Source of the DNA: an uncultured Gammaproteobacteria bacterium
GTDB taxonomy: Bacteria; Patescibacteriota; Patescibacteriia; UBA1558; GWA2-36-10
Direction: 5' to 3'
NCBI GenBank assembly: GCA_964638415.1
Contig: CAZWYP010000001.1
Coordinates: 148,650 to 212,649 of the forward strand
Length of the DNA: 64,000 bases
A model generated the notes under the pieces. That model was not told the DNA's origin. It did not search any database and saw nothing but the letters and a program-made list of their open reading frames with translations. How positions within the stretch are numbered: position 1 is the first letter of the stretch; each line of letters starts with the position of its first letter. A program made the position numbers and the translations under genes. Of this stretch, positions 27,113 to 38,204 are shown in pieces.

Positions 27113-28070
27113 AGTTTAAGCCAATAATCTTTTTAATAGTCTGGAGATTCTTATCAGCTATTTTCTGGGCCGCTTGGGCTCCTTCATTTAGAATTTTCAT
27201 TACCTTCTTAGGGTTAGCCTCGTACTCTTTTCTTTTTTCTCTACTTGGTTCTAAAAATTTGCAGATAGACTCGGTTAATTTTTTCTTTAAGTCGACGTTC
27301 ATCAATTTATTCTGCTGGAATAATTCAATCATAGCCTGGTGTTCATCCGGATCACCAAAATAAGAATAGAGCTCTAGTAGGTTTTTTACCCCCTGTTCGT
27401 CAGTAACCGCTTTTTTTATTTTACTCTCTACAGTTTTAGCATCATCTCGGACAGCGATATAGCTTGCTGCTCCCAAGCTTTTGCTCATTTTCTTGTCAGA
27501 CTGATTCAATGACATTACTCGCGGAGTAGGAGATAATACCGGCTTTACTTCCGAGAAATATTGTCTATAGCGGTTATTGAATTTGCGGGCGACAATTCTA
27601 GTTAATTCCAAATGTTGCACTTGATCTTCGCCAACCGGCACGAATTCTCCCTGGTAGAGCAGAACATCTGCTGCCTGTAGAGCGGGGTAAGTTAATAAGC
27701 CGGCATTGGTATTATTAGGACTGCGCTGGGCCATATCTTTGAATTGAGTCATTCTTTCCAGTTCCGCTACCGGCAGTAAACAGTTAAAAATCCAAGCTAA
27801 TTCAGCATGACCGACAATATCTGATTGGCGGAAGAAAATAGCTTCTTTGGGGTTAATTCCCAAGGATAATAGATCTATAGCTAAATTGGTGATTTGCCGG
27901 TTTAAGTCTTCAGGCTTAATTTCAATAGTTAAAGCATGCAAATCGGCAATAAAAAATAGGCATTTATATTGTCCGCTATTCTGTAAGTCAATCCAGTTTT
28001 TAATTGCTCCCAAGTAGTTTCCCAAATGCAATTCTCCAGTCGGCTTGATGCCGGAAATAAGTATTTTCAT
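27111..28070 (-). CDS. trpS: Tryptophan--tRNA ligase
   Basis: SGIKPTGELHLGNYLGA, YPALQAADV, VPVGEDQVQH, KMSKS. Confidence 0.97.
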   Translation of the reverse strand: MKILISGIKPTGELHLGNYLGAIKNWIDLQNSGQYKCLFFIADLHALTIEIKPEDLNRQITNLAIDLLSLGINPKEAIFFRQSDIVGHAELAWIFNCLLPVAELERMTQFKDMAQRSPNNTNAGLLTYPALQAADVLLYQGEFVPVGEDQVQHLELTRIVARKFNNRYRQYFSEVKPVLSPTPRVMSLNQSDKKMSKSLGAASYIAVRDDAKTVESKIKKAVTDEQGVKNLLELYSYFGDPDEHQAMIELFQQNKLMNVDLKKKLTESICKFLEPSREKRKEYEANPKKVMKILNEGAQAAQKIADKNLQTIKKIIGLN

Positions 28071-28117
28071 AAAGTTAAATTATAACTATATTTTAGTTTT
28101 ATTCAGCGAAAAAATCA

Positions 28118-28144
28118 ATCCCGTCCTTTTTAAAGACGGGATTT
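28118..28144. terminator. Terminator of rnj
   Basis: AATCCCGTC-ctttttaaa-GACGGGATT. Confidence 0.7.
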
Positions 28145-28148
28145 AATT

Positions 28149-29972
28149 TTAAACTTCAATGACTACCGGTAAGACCATTGGTCTTCGTTTAGTCTTTTGG
28201 AAAATAAACTGGCCGAGATTATTCCTTAATTTCTCCTTAATAAAAGTTTCATTGGAGCTGGTTTCTGTCTTGTTGTAATCGTTAATTATTTTCTTGACTT
28301 GCGAGCGAATGTCTTCTACTAACTTTTTGTTTTCTTTCATATAGATAAACCCGCGGGAAATAATATCCGGTGAAGCAACTAGATTGCCGGTTTTGCGGGA
28401 AGTGGTGGCAATAACTACTACCATGCCGTCTTCAGCCATCATCTGCCGATCGCGCAAAACTATATGGGAAACATCGCCGACTCCTAAGCCATCAACAAAA
28501 ACGTAATCGGTGGGAATTTTTTCATTAGTCAAAGCTCCACCTTGGGCAGTGAATTCAATCACTTGCCCATTATCCGGGACAAAGATATTCTTTTCTTTAA
28601 AGCCTTGATCTTTAGCTAGCTTGGCTGCTTCTTTCAGCATGTAGTGGTAAGCGTAGACGGGAACAAAATAATCCGGTCGGACGTTTTTCAGCATGTAAAT
28701 AATATCTTCTCTGGTGCCGTGTCCGGAGACATGAATATCCATCAGTTCGCCATGAATGACATTGTCGCATTGGCGGTATAAGCCATCCTTTAATTTTTGG
28801 ATAGTATTTTCATTGCCGGGAATAATAGAAGATGACAATATTACCGTATCGCTTTTCTTTAGTCTAATATTTTTATGCGAGCCAGTAATAATTCTGGACA
28901 ACACCGCATTGCCTTCGCCCTGGGCGCCGGTAGCGATAATAACTATTTTATTGTCCGGATATTTATGGACTTCTTCTACTTTAATGAAGGTCTCTTTTTT
29001 AGCCTTGATGTAGCCTAGTTGTTTGGAAATCTCCACATTCATTTTCATGCTGTAGCCGTCTAAGGCCACTTTTTTTCCTAAGCGTTCAGCAGTAGCAATA
29101 ATCCAGCCAACACGCTCAATCTGGGAAGAAAAGGTTCCAACGATTAATCTTCCTTTAGCAGTAGAAATTAATTTGTCTAAATTAGCTTTCATCTGGTCGC
29201 TGGTGGAACTTTTGCGCACATCGACAGCGCCCAAGCTTTCTAGCATCAAGACTGTGGGGCGGGGCAATTTAGCCAAATGGCTGTAATCGATCAGGGGCTG
29301 ACCTTTAGCATTTTTTTCCATAGTCCAATCCCCAGGATGCAGGACAGTAGCCACTGGTGTCTGTAAGATTACACCCACTGCGTCCATAATTGAGTGTTCA
29401 ATTTGGAAGAATTTAATGGTGAATTGTCCAAACTTAAATTGGTCGGTCAGCTTATGGACGGTAATGGTTTTTAGTTTAGCAGTGCTGCCTTTTTTATAGT
29501 CTTCCAGCTTGTGTTTGGTCATGGCCAAAGTTAATGGTCGTCCAACCACGGGTGGATAGTTTAATTTTTCCAGCAAGACTGGTGCCGCACCAATATGGTC
29601 TAAGTGGCCATGGGAGAGGATTACGGCACGGATATTTTTTTCTTTGCCTTTCAGGTAAGAAACATTGGGAATGATATAGTCAATGCCCGGCATGTCTTCG
29701 CCGGGAAATTGCAAACCCATGTCCAGCAGGACAATATCATTACCGTATTCAAAAAGAGTCATATTGCGGCCGACTTCTTCGCAGCCGCCTAAAGGAATGA
29801 TTCTTAACTTATTAGGTTTTGCTCCGCGATTGGCGGCAAAAAATGGCCGGCGCGGTTGATTATTAGGCATTGCCAATTTTTTAGGCAATGTTTTTATTGG
29901 TCTTGCCACTCTTCTTTTTAAGGGAGCAGTAGTGCCCAGCAACTTATCTGTTGCGTCTTTAAATTTTTTCAT
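28149..29972 (-). CDS. rnj: Ribonuclease J
   Basis: PLGGCEEVGRNM, HGHLDHIG, HVSGH, RRPMVLPVVIEV. Confidence 0.96.
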   Translation of the reverse strand: MKKFKDATDKLLGTTAPLKRRVARPIKTLPKKLAMPNNQPRRPFFAANRGAKPNKLRIIPLGGCEEVGRNMTLFEYGNDIVLLDMGLQFPGEDMPGIDYIIPNVSYLKGKEKNIRAVILSHGHLDHIGAAPVLLEKLNYPPVVGRPLTLAMTKHKLEDYKKGSTAKLKTITVHKLTDQFKFGQFTIKFFQIEHSIMDAVGVILQTPVATVLHPGDWTMEKNAKGQPLIDYSHLAKLPRPTVLMLESLGAVDVRKSSTSDQMKANLDKLISTAKGRLIVGTFSSQIERVGWIIATAERLGKKVALDGYSMKMNVEISKQLGYIKAKKETFIKVEEVHKYPDNKIVIIATGAQGEGNAVLSRIITGSHKNIRLKKSDTVILSSSIIPGNENTIQKLKDGLYRQCDNVIHGELMDIHVSGHGTREDIIYMLKNVRPDYFVPVYAYHYMLKEAAKLAKDQGFKEKNIFVPDNGQVIEFTAQGGALTNEKIPTDYVFVDGLGVGDVSHIVLRDRQMMAEDGMVVVIATTSRKTGNLVASPDIISRGFIYMKENKKLVEDIRSQVKKIINDYNKTETSSNETFIKEKLRNNLGQFIFQKTKRRPMVLPVVIEV

Positions 29973-30042
29973 AAATTAGTAATATTTTAATCTTCTTTAA
30001 GATTAAGTTAGCGTCTTAAACCAGTTAGTTTAAGACTATTGG

Positions 30043-31836
30043 TTAATTAGATAGTTGACGCTTGGTATTGATATACCAAGTGTTGATATTCACAAAGCGA
30101 TCGGCTGGCAAATTGATAAAATTCAACTCTCCTAAGCCCAGTATTTTTTTATCCAAAGGATAAATGTAAGTGGGATTGTAGAGGAAAATAGCAAAATGGT
30201 TAGCCAGCAGTTTGTTTTGAAAATTTTTCAAAGGTTCAATTTTTTCTTGATCAGTTTTAGCGGCTCTTATTTTCTCCAGAGCGGTATCAATATCCTTGTC
30301 GGATAAGATGCTTAAATTAAGTCCGGATCCTTGAGTTTGGCTGGAATGCCAGAACGGGTAAGGGCCGGAATTAATGTTAATTACCTGGCCGAATAATAAT
30401 ACTTGGTAAGCGCGGGGCTCGATGATGTCATTTTTAATCCGACTTTTAGCTACTATTTCCAATTCGGTTTTAATTCCAATATTCTCCCACGCCTCTTTAA
30501 TAAGGGAAACAGTTTTGACATTTTCCGGTTGATCTACCGTAGTAAGCTTAATGGTTAATTCTTGGTCAGACTGTTTGCGGTATTGGCTGCTGTGGTCTTC
30601 AGGAAAACTCCATTTTAATTTATCCAGTATTTCCGCCGCGGCTGTGGGGTCGTAATTAACGTCTTTAAGTTCAGGATCATAGCCTAGCATGTCTGGCAGA
30701 ATTGGAGTGTCGATTAACTGGCCGTCATTATCCAAAGCTTCAGTCAGGATGCGCTGTTTGTCGATCGCTAAAGCCAGCGCTTTGCGCAATTCCAGATTTT
30801 TTAGCAATTCGTTATTATTGGGATTGAAAAAGAGCGCGGTATATTGGGGGAAGCGCAGATTCTTTTGATCTATGTTTCTATTTTTAATTTCATCTTTGTA
30901 TTGGCGGGGGAGATAAACTAGGCCCTCAATATTTTTGTTTTCCAAAGCTGCAACGGCAGTTTCAAAATCCGGATAGAATTTAAATTGCAGCTCGTTAATA
31001 AATGGTCGGCCCTGGTAATATTTATCCCAGGCAGTTAGAACATAATTTTTAATGCTACCATTCTGATCCTTGGTTAAAGATTTAAATTGGTAAGGACCGG
31101 AGCCAATTGGTTTTTTATTTATTTCCGCTAAGTCAGCGCCAAAAGCCGGAATGCTGTACCACAAGTGTTCAGGAATAATGCCGACAGTTAGGATAGAAAG
31201 AAAAGGAGCAAATGGTTCTAACAGGGTAAATTGAACAGTTTTTTCATTTAGCTCTTTTACTTGCACTCCATTGAAACTAGCGCGCAAGGGGCTTTTGAAA
31301 TCCGGATCCTTAATGCGGTTAATGGTAAACACCACATCATCCGCCAGTAATTTTTCCCCATCATGCCAGTAAATTTCATCCTTAAGCTCAAAGGTATATA
31401 CCTTTTGTTCAGCATCAATGGTATAGCCAGCGGCTAAATCTGGAGCAATATTGCCCTGTTCGTCAATTTTGACTAAGCCGGAAAATACTAATTTTACTAA
31501 ATCGCGGTCAACATCGGAAGTGGCCAAGATTGGATTAATGAAATTAGGGGAGCCAACTAATCCTTCGGTATAGCTGCCGCCAAAGCTTGGTGCTACTGCA
31601 GAATTGCGCAGCCACCATTGCCAAGTAATGCCGGCCAAGGAAAATACTAAGATGATTATGGCGACTAAAGCCTGAATTTTTTCCTGTTTAGTCAAAACTT
31701 CGGAGATTTTTTTTAACTGTTGCCAGTTAGGAAACTTCTTTTTGTTTAATTGCCAGATTAATTGCTTGTTGATGTCTATCTGCTGATCGGCGGAAGGAGG
31801 ATTAGTTTTTTTAAATAAAGTTAAAATCGGCACCAA
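30043..31836 (-). CDS. Peptide ABC transporter substrate-binding protein (family 5), membrane-anchored
   Basis: GGSYTEG, PDLA, WHDG...ADDVVFT, PIGSGPY. Confidence 0.9.
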   Translation of the reverse strand: MVPILTLFKKTNPPSADQQIDINKQLIWQLNKKKFPNWQQLKKISEVLTKQEKIQALVAIIILVFSLAGITWQWWLRNSAVAPSFGGSYTEGLVGSPNFINPILATSDVDRDLVKLVFSGLVKIDEQGNIAPDLAAGYTIDAEQKVYTFELKDEIYWHDGEKLLADDVVFTINRIKDPDFKSPLRASFNGVQVKELNEKTVQFTLLEPFAPFLSILTVGIIPEHLWYSIPAFGADLAEINKKPIGSGPYQFKSLTKDQNGSIKNYVLTAWDKYYQGRPFINELQFKFYPDFETAVAALENKNIEGLVYLPRQYKDEIKNRNIDQKNLRFPQYTALFFNPNNNELLKNLELRKALALAIDKQRILTEALDNDGQLIDTPILPDMLGYDPELKDVNYDPTAAAEILDKLKWSFPEDHSSQYRKQSDQELTIKLTTVDQPENVKTVSLIKEAWENIGIKTELEIVAKSRIKNDIIEPRAYQVLLFGQVININSGPYPFWHSSQTQGSGLNLSILSDKDIDTALEKIRAAKTDQEKIEPLKNFQNKLLANHFAIFLYNPTYIYPLDKKILGLGELNFINLPADRFVNINTWYINTKRQLSN

Positions 31837-31932
31837 AACAATTCGGGTGTATTTTTTTAAGTTGGTTGCTAAAAACCCAGTTATTTTAGACAGTAACTGT
31901 ATAATCTTATTCGTTAATTATTATATTGTCTT

Positions 31933-32151
31933 TTAGCTAAGGAAAATATTAGCTAAAGCGGACAGTAAGAAGAGAATAGAAAAGATAATAGTCAAACGAA
32001 AAATGGTTTTTTCCGCGCCTCGTTTAGTGCGGTAAACAGTGCTTTCGCCGCCAAAAGCCGCGCCTAAGCCGGAACCTTTCTGCTGGATAAGTACTAAGAC
32101 TATCAGAATAACTGAAATAGCTATCTGAACGATATATAAGGTATTTTGCAT
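31933..32151 (-). CDS. secG: Preprotein translocase subunit SecG
   Basis: LVLIQQKGSGLGAAFGG...TKRGAEK, two TMs. Confidence 0.93.
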   Translation of the reverse strand: MQNTLYIVQIAISVILIVLVLIQQKGSGLGAAFGGESTVYRTKRGAEKTIFRLTIIFSILFLLSALANIFLS

Positions 32152-32202
32152 ATTGTTTACGTTGAATAACTTTAAATATACTAGCAGGAATTATTAACTT
32201 TG

Positions 32203-33735
32203 TCAACCTTGTTTAAATTCTGCTCGATGTTTACGCCGATAGTTTTTAATGCCAAATTTATGAGCCTGGTTACGCATATGCTGTAGTAATAGGGAAATCG
32301 GGTCAGTTTTAGGTATCCTTAATGGCTGGGATTTCTTTGGTAAAAAGATCTCTTCTTCCCGCTTAGCTAAAGCAATTACTTTTTGTTTCCATTCTTTGCT
32401 AAGAATAGGATAAACAGTATTTAACTGCGGCTTGCCCCCATCTAAGACTATTAAGTCAGGTGTCGGCCAGTCCTGATGCTGCTGTCTTCTCTGTAATACT
32501 TGTTTCATCATTGCTACGTCATTAGGCTCGGTAAAGCCCCGGATTTTAAATAGCCGGTACTGGTCAGCGGCAATCTGCCCGTCAATAAACACCACTAAAG
32601 AGCCGTAAGCAAATTGGCCCTGGATATTGGAGATGTCATAAATTTCCACCCTAGCAGGAAAAGAATCAAGCTTTAGTAGTTTTTGCAAAGCTAGCAATTT
32701 ATCTAATTGTGGATTAAGGGTATTTTTATGCAGATTGTCTTCAGCATTTTTTTTAAGCAAAGCCAACAGCTGTTTATTCTTACCTATTTTAGGCAAGGAG
32801 ATTTTAATGGCTGGTAAATTTAATTTAATCTTAAGGGGAGTAATAATAGTCTTGGGCAAGTCTATTTGCCGGCTGTAATATTGCTCAAGGGCATTGGTTA
32901 AGATTTCTTCAGTGGCCAGCTTTAATTTATTGGTTAAGCGCAAAATAAATTTGTCTCCCAAGATTCCTTGGCGGATTTTCATCAAAATCACCACCGCCTG
33001 ATCTTGGAAAGCGGCAATATTAACTAAGTCCTGGTTTAACTTAGTCGGTCCAATAATCTTCTGTTTATTTTTTAGTTTAATCAAAGCTTCCAGTTGGTCT
33101 TTCTTGATTTGGGCTAATTCGAAATTGCGTTCATTACTAGCCTGCTTTATTTTTTTAAGCAATTCTTGCTCCAAAGACTGCGTATCTCCGCGGATTATTC
33201 TAATCGCTTGCTTAACTATTTTTTGGTATTCAGTTGGATTGTTTAATTCTTGGTTAAGGCCCAATCTCTGGTAGCTTAAATTCTGACTACCGCGTTTAAG
33301 AGGGAGAATGCGGTTAAGCAATTTGACTAAATTACGGGCGGCTAAAGTGGAGGAATAAGGGCCGAAATACTGGCCTTGGTATTTTTTCCGGCCATGGGCC
33401 ACTTTTAATTGCGGAAAGTCTTCCTTAGTCAGTACGATATATCCCCAGTTTTTGTCATCCTTTAAGACAATATTATATTTTGGCTGGTGTTTTTTTATCT
33501 GAGTTGCTTCCAGTAACAAGCTTTCCCATTCATTATCTACTATGGTGTATTGGATTTTAGCCACTTCCAAAATCATCTGTTGTTTAGCGGCTGTTAATTG
33601 ATTACTCTTGCTCCAGTAGGAAGCTACTCGTTTCTGCAGATTTTTAGCTTTGCCGATATAAATAATTTCTTCCTGCTGGTTTAGGAAAAAATAAATGCCG
33701 GGCTGACTGGGGATTTTATTAAGATTAAGCTTCAT
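32203..33735 (-). CDS. uvrC: Excinuclease ABC subunit C (compact, no C-terminal HhH)
   Basis: GIY...YIGKAKNL, PKYNIVLKDDK, EIYDISN, PDLIVLDGGKPQL, LAKREE. Confidence 0.93.
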   Translation of the reverse strand: MKLNLNKIPSQPGIYFFLNQQEEIIYIGKAKNLQKRVASYWSKSNQLTAAKQQMILEVAKIQYTIVDNEWESLLLEATQIKKHQPKYNIVLKDDKNWGYIVLTKEDFPQLKVAHGRKKYQGQYFGPYSSTLAARNLVKLLNRILPLKRGSQNLSYQRLGLNQELNNPTEYQKIVKQAIRIIRGDTQSLEQELLKKIKQASNERNFELAQIKKDQLEALIKLKNKQKIIGPTKLNQDLVNIAAFQDQAVVILMKIRQGILGDKFILRLTNKLKLATEEILTNALEQYYSRQIDLPKTIITPLKIKLNLPAIKISLPKIGKNKQLLALLKKNAEDNLHKNTLNPQLDKLLALQKLLKLDSFPARVEIYDISNIQGQFAYGSLVVFIDGQIAADQYRLFKIRGFTEPNDVAMMKQVLQRRQQHQDWPTPDLIVLDGGKPQLNTVYPILSKEWKQKVIALAKREEEIFLPKKSQPLRIPKTDPISLLLQHMRNQAHKFGIKNYRRKHRAEFKQG

Positions 33736-33763
33736 GAGATTATCATAGAGCAAAATTATACAA

Positions 33764-33792
33764 TTGACAATTTGTCTCTTTCATGGTAATCT
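33764..33792 (+). promoter_or_regulatory. Sigma70 promoter of the Cys-rich gene
   Basis: TTGACA, 17-bp spacer ending TGG, TAATCT. Confidence 0.6.
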
Positions 33793-33837
33793 TCCTTAAT
33801 TAAATTGTTCTGTCAAATTTTTTCCAGAAGGAGAATT

Positions 33838-34194
33838 ATGGCTAATGAGAATGGTAAATCCAAAACGCCTTATGGCATAGTCCAAGGTGAGCCAACTATG
33901 GATTTTTCTTGTCCATACGAAGGCTGCGGTTGTAATAAGCCGCATAATACCAGACAAGAGCTTGACCGAATTGATGTTCGTCGTCAATGCGCAACGCCAG
34001 GCTGTCTGGAGACATTTTACGGGGACACTTGCCACCGGTGCCATGGCGCAGCTGGCGCTACCGTTAAGATTGAGATTTTCAAGACCGTGAAGACCTGCTC
34101 CGGTTGTGGTCAAGATTTTGAAATCACTCCGTGTTTCGAAATGCCTATCCCTTATCGAGGGAAGGGAGCTACTGCTAATGCTAACGCGGCTTGA
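33838..34194 (+). CDS. Small Cys-rich (zinc-ribbon-like) protein
   Basis: GAAGGAG RBS; CPYEGC, CATPGC, CHRC, CSGC motifs. Confidence 0.7.
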   Translation: MANENGKSKTPYGIVQGEPTMDFSCPYEGCGCNKPHNTRQELDRIDVRRQCATPGCLETFYGDTCHRCHGAAGATVKIEIFKTVKTCSGCGQDFEITPCFEMPIPYRGKGATANANAA

Positions 34195-34201
34195 CCAAGA
34201 T

Positions 34202-34248
34202 CCGCCTGTCTGAATTTTCGCTCAGCGAAGTTTAGGCAGGCGGTTTTT
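34202..34248 (+). terminator. Intrinsic terminator, long stem
   Basis: CCGCCTGTCTGAA...TTTAGGCAGGCGG followed by TTTTT. Confidence 0.85.
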
Positions 34249-34257
34249 CTTTAATCA

Positions 34258-34286
34258 TTGACAGCTCTGTTTTTTCATGGTATCCT
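34258..34286 (+). promoter_or_regulatory. uvrA promoter
   Basis: TTGACA, 17-bp spacer ending TGG, TATCCT. Confidence 0.6.
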
Positions 34287-34316
34287 TTCCAAGATTATAT
34301 TTATTAAAATAAAAAG

Positions 34317-37169
34317 ATGTCTAAATTCATAACGATCAAAGGCGCTCGAGTCCATAATCTCAAGAATATTGATGTTAAGATTCCGCGGGATAAACTGGTA
34401 GTAATTACTGGCTTATCTGGTTCCGGAAAATCATCTCTGGCCTTTGACACTATTTACGCTGAAGGCCAGCGTCGTTATGTAGAATCACTGTCGGCTTATG
34501 CCCGGCAGTTTTTAGGTTTAATGGATAAGCCGGATGTTGATCAAATTGACGGTTTGTCGCCAGCTATTTCCATTGACCAGCGAACTTCTTCCCGCAATCC
34601 GCGCTCTACTGTCGGTACCGTGACGGAAATCTATGATTATCTCCGATTATTATATGCTCGTATTGGCTTGCCCCATTGTCATATCTGTGGAAGTGAAGTA
34701 GTCCACCAATCTTTGCAGCAGATGGCGGAAAAAATTTGGGCCTTGCCGGCTGATACTGATTTCATGCTCTTAGCCCCAATGGTGCGTGACAAAAAAGGCG
34801 AGCATAAAAAAGCTATGGAGCGAGTGAAGATTGCCGGTTATCGTCGCGTGCGTTTGGATGGTGAATTAATGACTTTTGAGGAATTTGAAGCGCAGGAAAT
34901 AGACAAACAGAAGAAGCATACTATTGAAGTAGTGGTAGATCGGCTGCGCCAGGATGGCAGTCGGGAGACTAAAGCCAGGCTTTTGCAGTCCTTGGAAACT
35001 GCTTTGGATTTAGGTAATGGCTATATCACCATCCACACCCCTAAAGATGGTAAGGATTATAATTTCAGCGAGCACTTTACCTGTCCTAATCATGCGGAAG
35101 TAAGCTTTCCGGAAATCGAAGCGCGCAGCTTTTCTTTCAATAGTCCGCATGGCGCCTGTCCCACTTGTACCGGTTTAGGAACCAAGCTTTTGGTTGATCA
35201 GGATTTAGTTATTCCCAACAAAAAATTATCTTTAGCTGAAGGAGCAATTCGCCCCTGGTCACGGACCGCTGCTAATCAGACTTGGTATTATCGGATTTTG
35301 GAAGCAGTAGCCAAGAAGAATAAATTTTCCACTCGGCTGCCGGTAGAAAAATTAACCAAGAAGCAGCTGGATATTATTTTATTTGGCACTGGCGATGAGC
35401 GCTATAATTTAGAATTCTCGGGAGAGAAGTTTTCCGGAGATTACAAAACCACTTTTGAGGGAGTCATTCCTAATTTAGAGAGGCGTTACCGCGAGACAGA
35501 TTCCGATTATATCCGTTCGGAAATTGAGCGGTATATGCGCATTACTCCTTGCGAATCCTGCCAGGGAAAAAGGCTGAAGCCGGAAGTTTTAAGCATTACG
35601 GTAGCTAGCAAGAATATTGCCGAAGTAAGTGCCTTGACTATTGCTGACTTAAAAACTTTTTTTGCCGATATCGATAAAAAGCTTTCCGATCGGGAATTGC
35701 TAATCGTCCGTCAGGTATTAAAAGAAGTTAGAGAGCGCTTAAGCTTCCTGCATAATGTCGGCTTGAATTATCTGACTTTAGACAGATCAGCCAGCACTTT
35801 GTCTGGTGGCGAAGCGCAGCGCATTCGTTTGGCTACTCAGATCGGCTCTTCTTTAATGGGAGTCTTATATATCTTAGATGAGCCGTCAATCGGTTTGCAT
35901 CAGCGGGACAATGCCCGGTTAATTGAAACTCTGAAGAATCTCCGAGATTTAGGTAATACCGTTATTGTCGTCGAGCATGATGAGGAGACTATTTTGGAAG
36001 CGGATCATGTTATTGACATTGGTCCGGGCGCCGGCAAGCATGGCGGCGAGATTATTGCCGAAGGCACCCCGGAAGCGATTAAGAAAAATAAGAAATCTTT
36101 GACTGGCAAGTATTTATCCGGCGCTCTAGCTATTCCTATTCCTAAAAAATACCGCCAAGGCAATGGTAAGAAGCTATCTATTCTTGGCGCATCCGCTTTT
36201 AATTTGAAAGATATTGATGTGCATTTTCCCTTAGGCAAGTTTATCAGCATCACTGGAGTTTCTGGCTCCGGCAAATCTACTTTGATGACCGAGATTTTAG
36301 CCAAAGCCTTAACTCAGCATTTCTATCGGTCAAAAGATGCTCCCGCCGAGCATAAGGAAATTAAAGGCTTAGAGCATATCGACAAAGTAATTGATATTGA
36401 CCAGTCGCCGATCGGCCGCACGCCCCGCTCTAATCCCGCCACTTATACTGGTGTCTTTACCTATATCCGTGATTTATTCGCTGAATTGCCGGAAGCTAAA
36501 ATCCGCGGCTACAAAGCCGGACGCTTTAGCTTCAATGTCAAAGGCGGAAGATGCGAAGCCTGTCAGGGAGATGGCGTAGTGAAGATTGAAATGAATTTCC
36601 TGCCCAATGTTTATGTGGAATGCGAGGAGTGTAAAGGTAAGCGCTATAATAATGAAGCACTGGAGATCCATTACAAAGGCAAGGATATTGCCGAGGTATT
36701 AAAAATGACTGCGGAAGAAGCCATGAACTTCTTTAACAACATTCCCAATATTTACAGCAAGCTGAAAACTTTGGTTGATGTAGGTTTAGGCTATGTGCAA
36801 TTAGGACAGCCGGCAACGACTTTATCCGGCGGTGAAGCGCAGCGCATTAAGCTGGCTACGGAATTATCCCGCCGCTCATCCGGCAAGACTTTGTATATTC
36901 TGGATGAGCCGACTACCGGTTTGCATTTTGACGACGTCAAAAGATTATTGGAGGTTCTCCATCGCTTGGTAGATAAAGGCAATACCGTTTTGGTTATTGA
37001 GCATAACTTAGATGTTATTAAAAGCTCGGACTGGGTGATTGACTTGGGTCCGGAAGGCGGACAGCTGGGTGGTTATTTATTGGCCGCCGGCACGCCCAGA
37101 GAAGTAGCTAAAGAAAAGAAAAGCTATACCGGACAGTATCTGGCTAAGATTTTTGCCAGCAACAAGTAA
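34317..37169 (+). CDS. uvrA: Excinuclease ABC subunit A
   Basis: Two ABC domains ([26 protein letters not shown] x2) and zinc fingers. Confidence 0.99.
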   Translation: MSKFITIKGARVHNLKNIDVKIPRDKLVVITGLSGSGKSSLAFDTIYAEGQRRYVESLSAYARQFLGLMDKPDVDQIDGLSPAISIDQRTSSRNPRSTVGTVTEIYDYLRLLYARIGLPHCHICGSEVVHQSLQQMAEKIWALPADTDFMLLAPMVRDKKGEHKKAMERVKIAGYRRVRLDGELMTFEEFEAQEIDKQKKHTIEVVVDRLRQDGSRETKARLLQSLETALDLGNGYITIHTPKDGKDYNFSEHFTCPNHAEVSFPEIEARSFSFNSPHGACPTCTGLGTKLLVDQDLVIPNKKLSLAEGAIRPWSRTAANQTWYYRILEAVAKKNKFSTRLPVEKLTKKQLDIILFGTGDERYNLEFSGEKFSGDYKTTFEGVIPNLERRYRETDSDYIRSEIERYMRITPCESCQGKRLKPEVLSITVASKNIAEVSALTIADLKTFFADIDKKLSDRELLIVRQVLKEVRERLSFLHNVGLNYLTLDRSASTLSGGEAQRIRLATQIGSSLMGVLYILDEPSIGLHQRDNARLIETLKNLRDLGNTVIVVEHDEETILEADHVIDIGPGAGKHGGEIIAEGTPEAIKKNKKSLTGKYLSGALAIPIPKKYRQGNGKKLSILGASAFNLKDIDVHFPLGKFISITGVSGSGKSTLMTEILAKALTQHFYRSKDAPAEHKEIKGLEHIDKVIDIDQSPIGRTPRSNPATYTGVFTYIRDLFAELPEAKIRGYKAGRFSFNVKGGRCEACQGDGVVKIEMNFLPNVYVECEECKGKRYNNEALEIHYKGKDIAEVLKMTAEEAMNFFNNIPNIYSKLKTLVDVGLGYVQLGQPATTLSGGEAQRIKLATELSRRSSGKTLYILDEPTTGLHFDDVKRLLEVLHRLVDKGNTVLVIEHNLDVIKSSDWVIDLGPEGGQLGGYLLAAGTPREVAKEKKSYTGQYLAKIFASNK

Positions 37170-37177
37170 AATAAATT

Positions 37178-37204
37178 AACTCTGTCTTAGTGACGGAGTT
37201 TTTT
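37178..37204 (+). terminator. Terminator of uvrA
   Basis: AACTCTGTC-ttagt-GACGGAGTT followed by TTTT. Confidence 0.75.
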
Positions 37205-37244
37205 ATTTGCCAAAAAGATTTTATCGGCTTAAGATAAAGGTAAT

Positions 37245-38204
37245 ATGCCTAATCCCTTGGAACAATCCATTATTAAAACTCTAGCTTTTTTTGATATTTT
37301 CAATTATCCGCTGACTTTAACGGAGCTTTGGAAATGGTTGTATCGTCCGGGTACTGGCCGGCAGCCAGTCAGCTTGTCTGAGTTGAAAGAAATACTTGCT
37401 ACCAGCCAGTGGCTGAAAGAAAAAGTAGTTCAAGTGGAAGGCTTCTATGCTTTAGTCGGACGGGAAGCGAGTTATTTAATCCGCAAGCGGCATAATAATC
37501 TAGCGGAGCATAAGTTTGATTTGGCAGTCCGGCTGATTAAGATTTACCGTTATCTGCCGTTTATTAAAATGATTGCCGTTTGTAATAGCTTGGCGTATAG
37601 CAATACCCGGGAAGAAAGCGATATAGATTTATTCATTATTACCGCCAGAGGAAAACTTTGGCTGGTTCGTCTGCTGACTATTGCGGTGGTTAAGATTTTG
37701 CATTTGCGTCCCCAGCCGGATCACAGCCGTGATACTTTCTGTTTGAGTTTTTTTATTGATGAAGATTATTTGAACATCAAAGACGTGATGATTACCTCTC
37801 AGACTGATGTTTATTACCCTTACTGGCTGGAGCAGGTATTGCCGATTTATGACCAAGATAATACTTATGCCAAATTTTTAGCAGCTAATGACTGGTGTCA
37901 GGATTATCTGCCCAATGGCCTGCCTAACCAATTCGTGCATGAAGTTAAAGACAATATTTTTTCCCGTTTAATTAAAAGCATCTTAGGTTTTATTTTCTCG
38001 CCGCCTTTATTAAATCATTGGCTGGATAATGTTTACCGCCGTCTGCAGACTAGGATCATTGACCGCAACTTGCATGAATTAGTCAATCTGGATACGCGGG
38101 TAGTAATTAATGAGCGGATGCTGAAATTCCACCAAAATGACCGCCGGGAAGTTTTTTCCAAAAAATGGCGGGAAAAAACCAGACAATTATTAGGGCAAGA
38201 ATGA
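37245..38204 (+). CDS. Pol-beta-superfamily nucleotidyltransferase-like protein
   Basis: IAVCNSLAYSNTREESDIDLFII (xS...DxD motif). Confidence 0.65.
   Translation: MPNPLEQSIIKTLAFFDIFNYPLTLTELWKWLYRPGTGRQPVSLSELKEILATSQWLKEKVVQVEGFYALVGREASYLIRKRHNNLAEHKFDLAVRLIKIYRYLPFIKMIAVCNSLAYSNTREESDIDLFIITARGKLWLVRLLTIAVVKILHLRPQPDHSRDTFCLSFFIDEDYLNIKDVMITSQTDVYYPYWLEQVLPIYDQDNTYAKFLAANDWCQDYLPNGLPNQFVHEVKDNIFSRLIKSILGFIFSPPLLNHWLDNVYRRLQTRIIDRNLHELVNLDTRVVINERMLKFHQNDRREVFSKKWREKTRQLLGQE

Noticed and set aside
33764-34286. Shared TTTCATGGTA in the Cys-rich gene and uvrA promoters as an SOS-type operator
   Set aside because: Not palindromic and explained by the extended -10 (TGn) style seen at other promoters in the window
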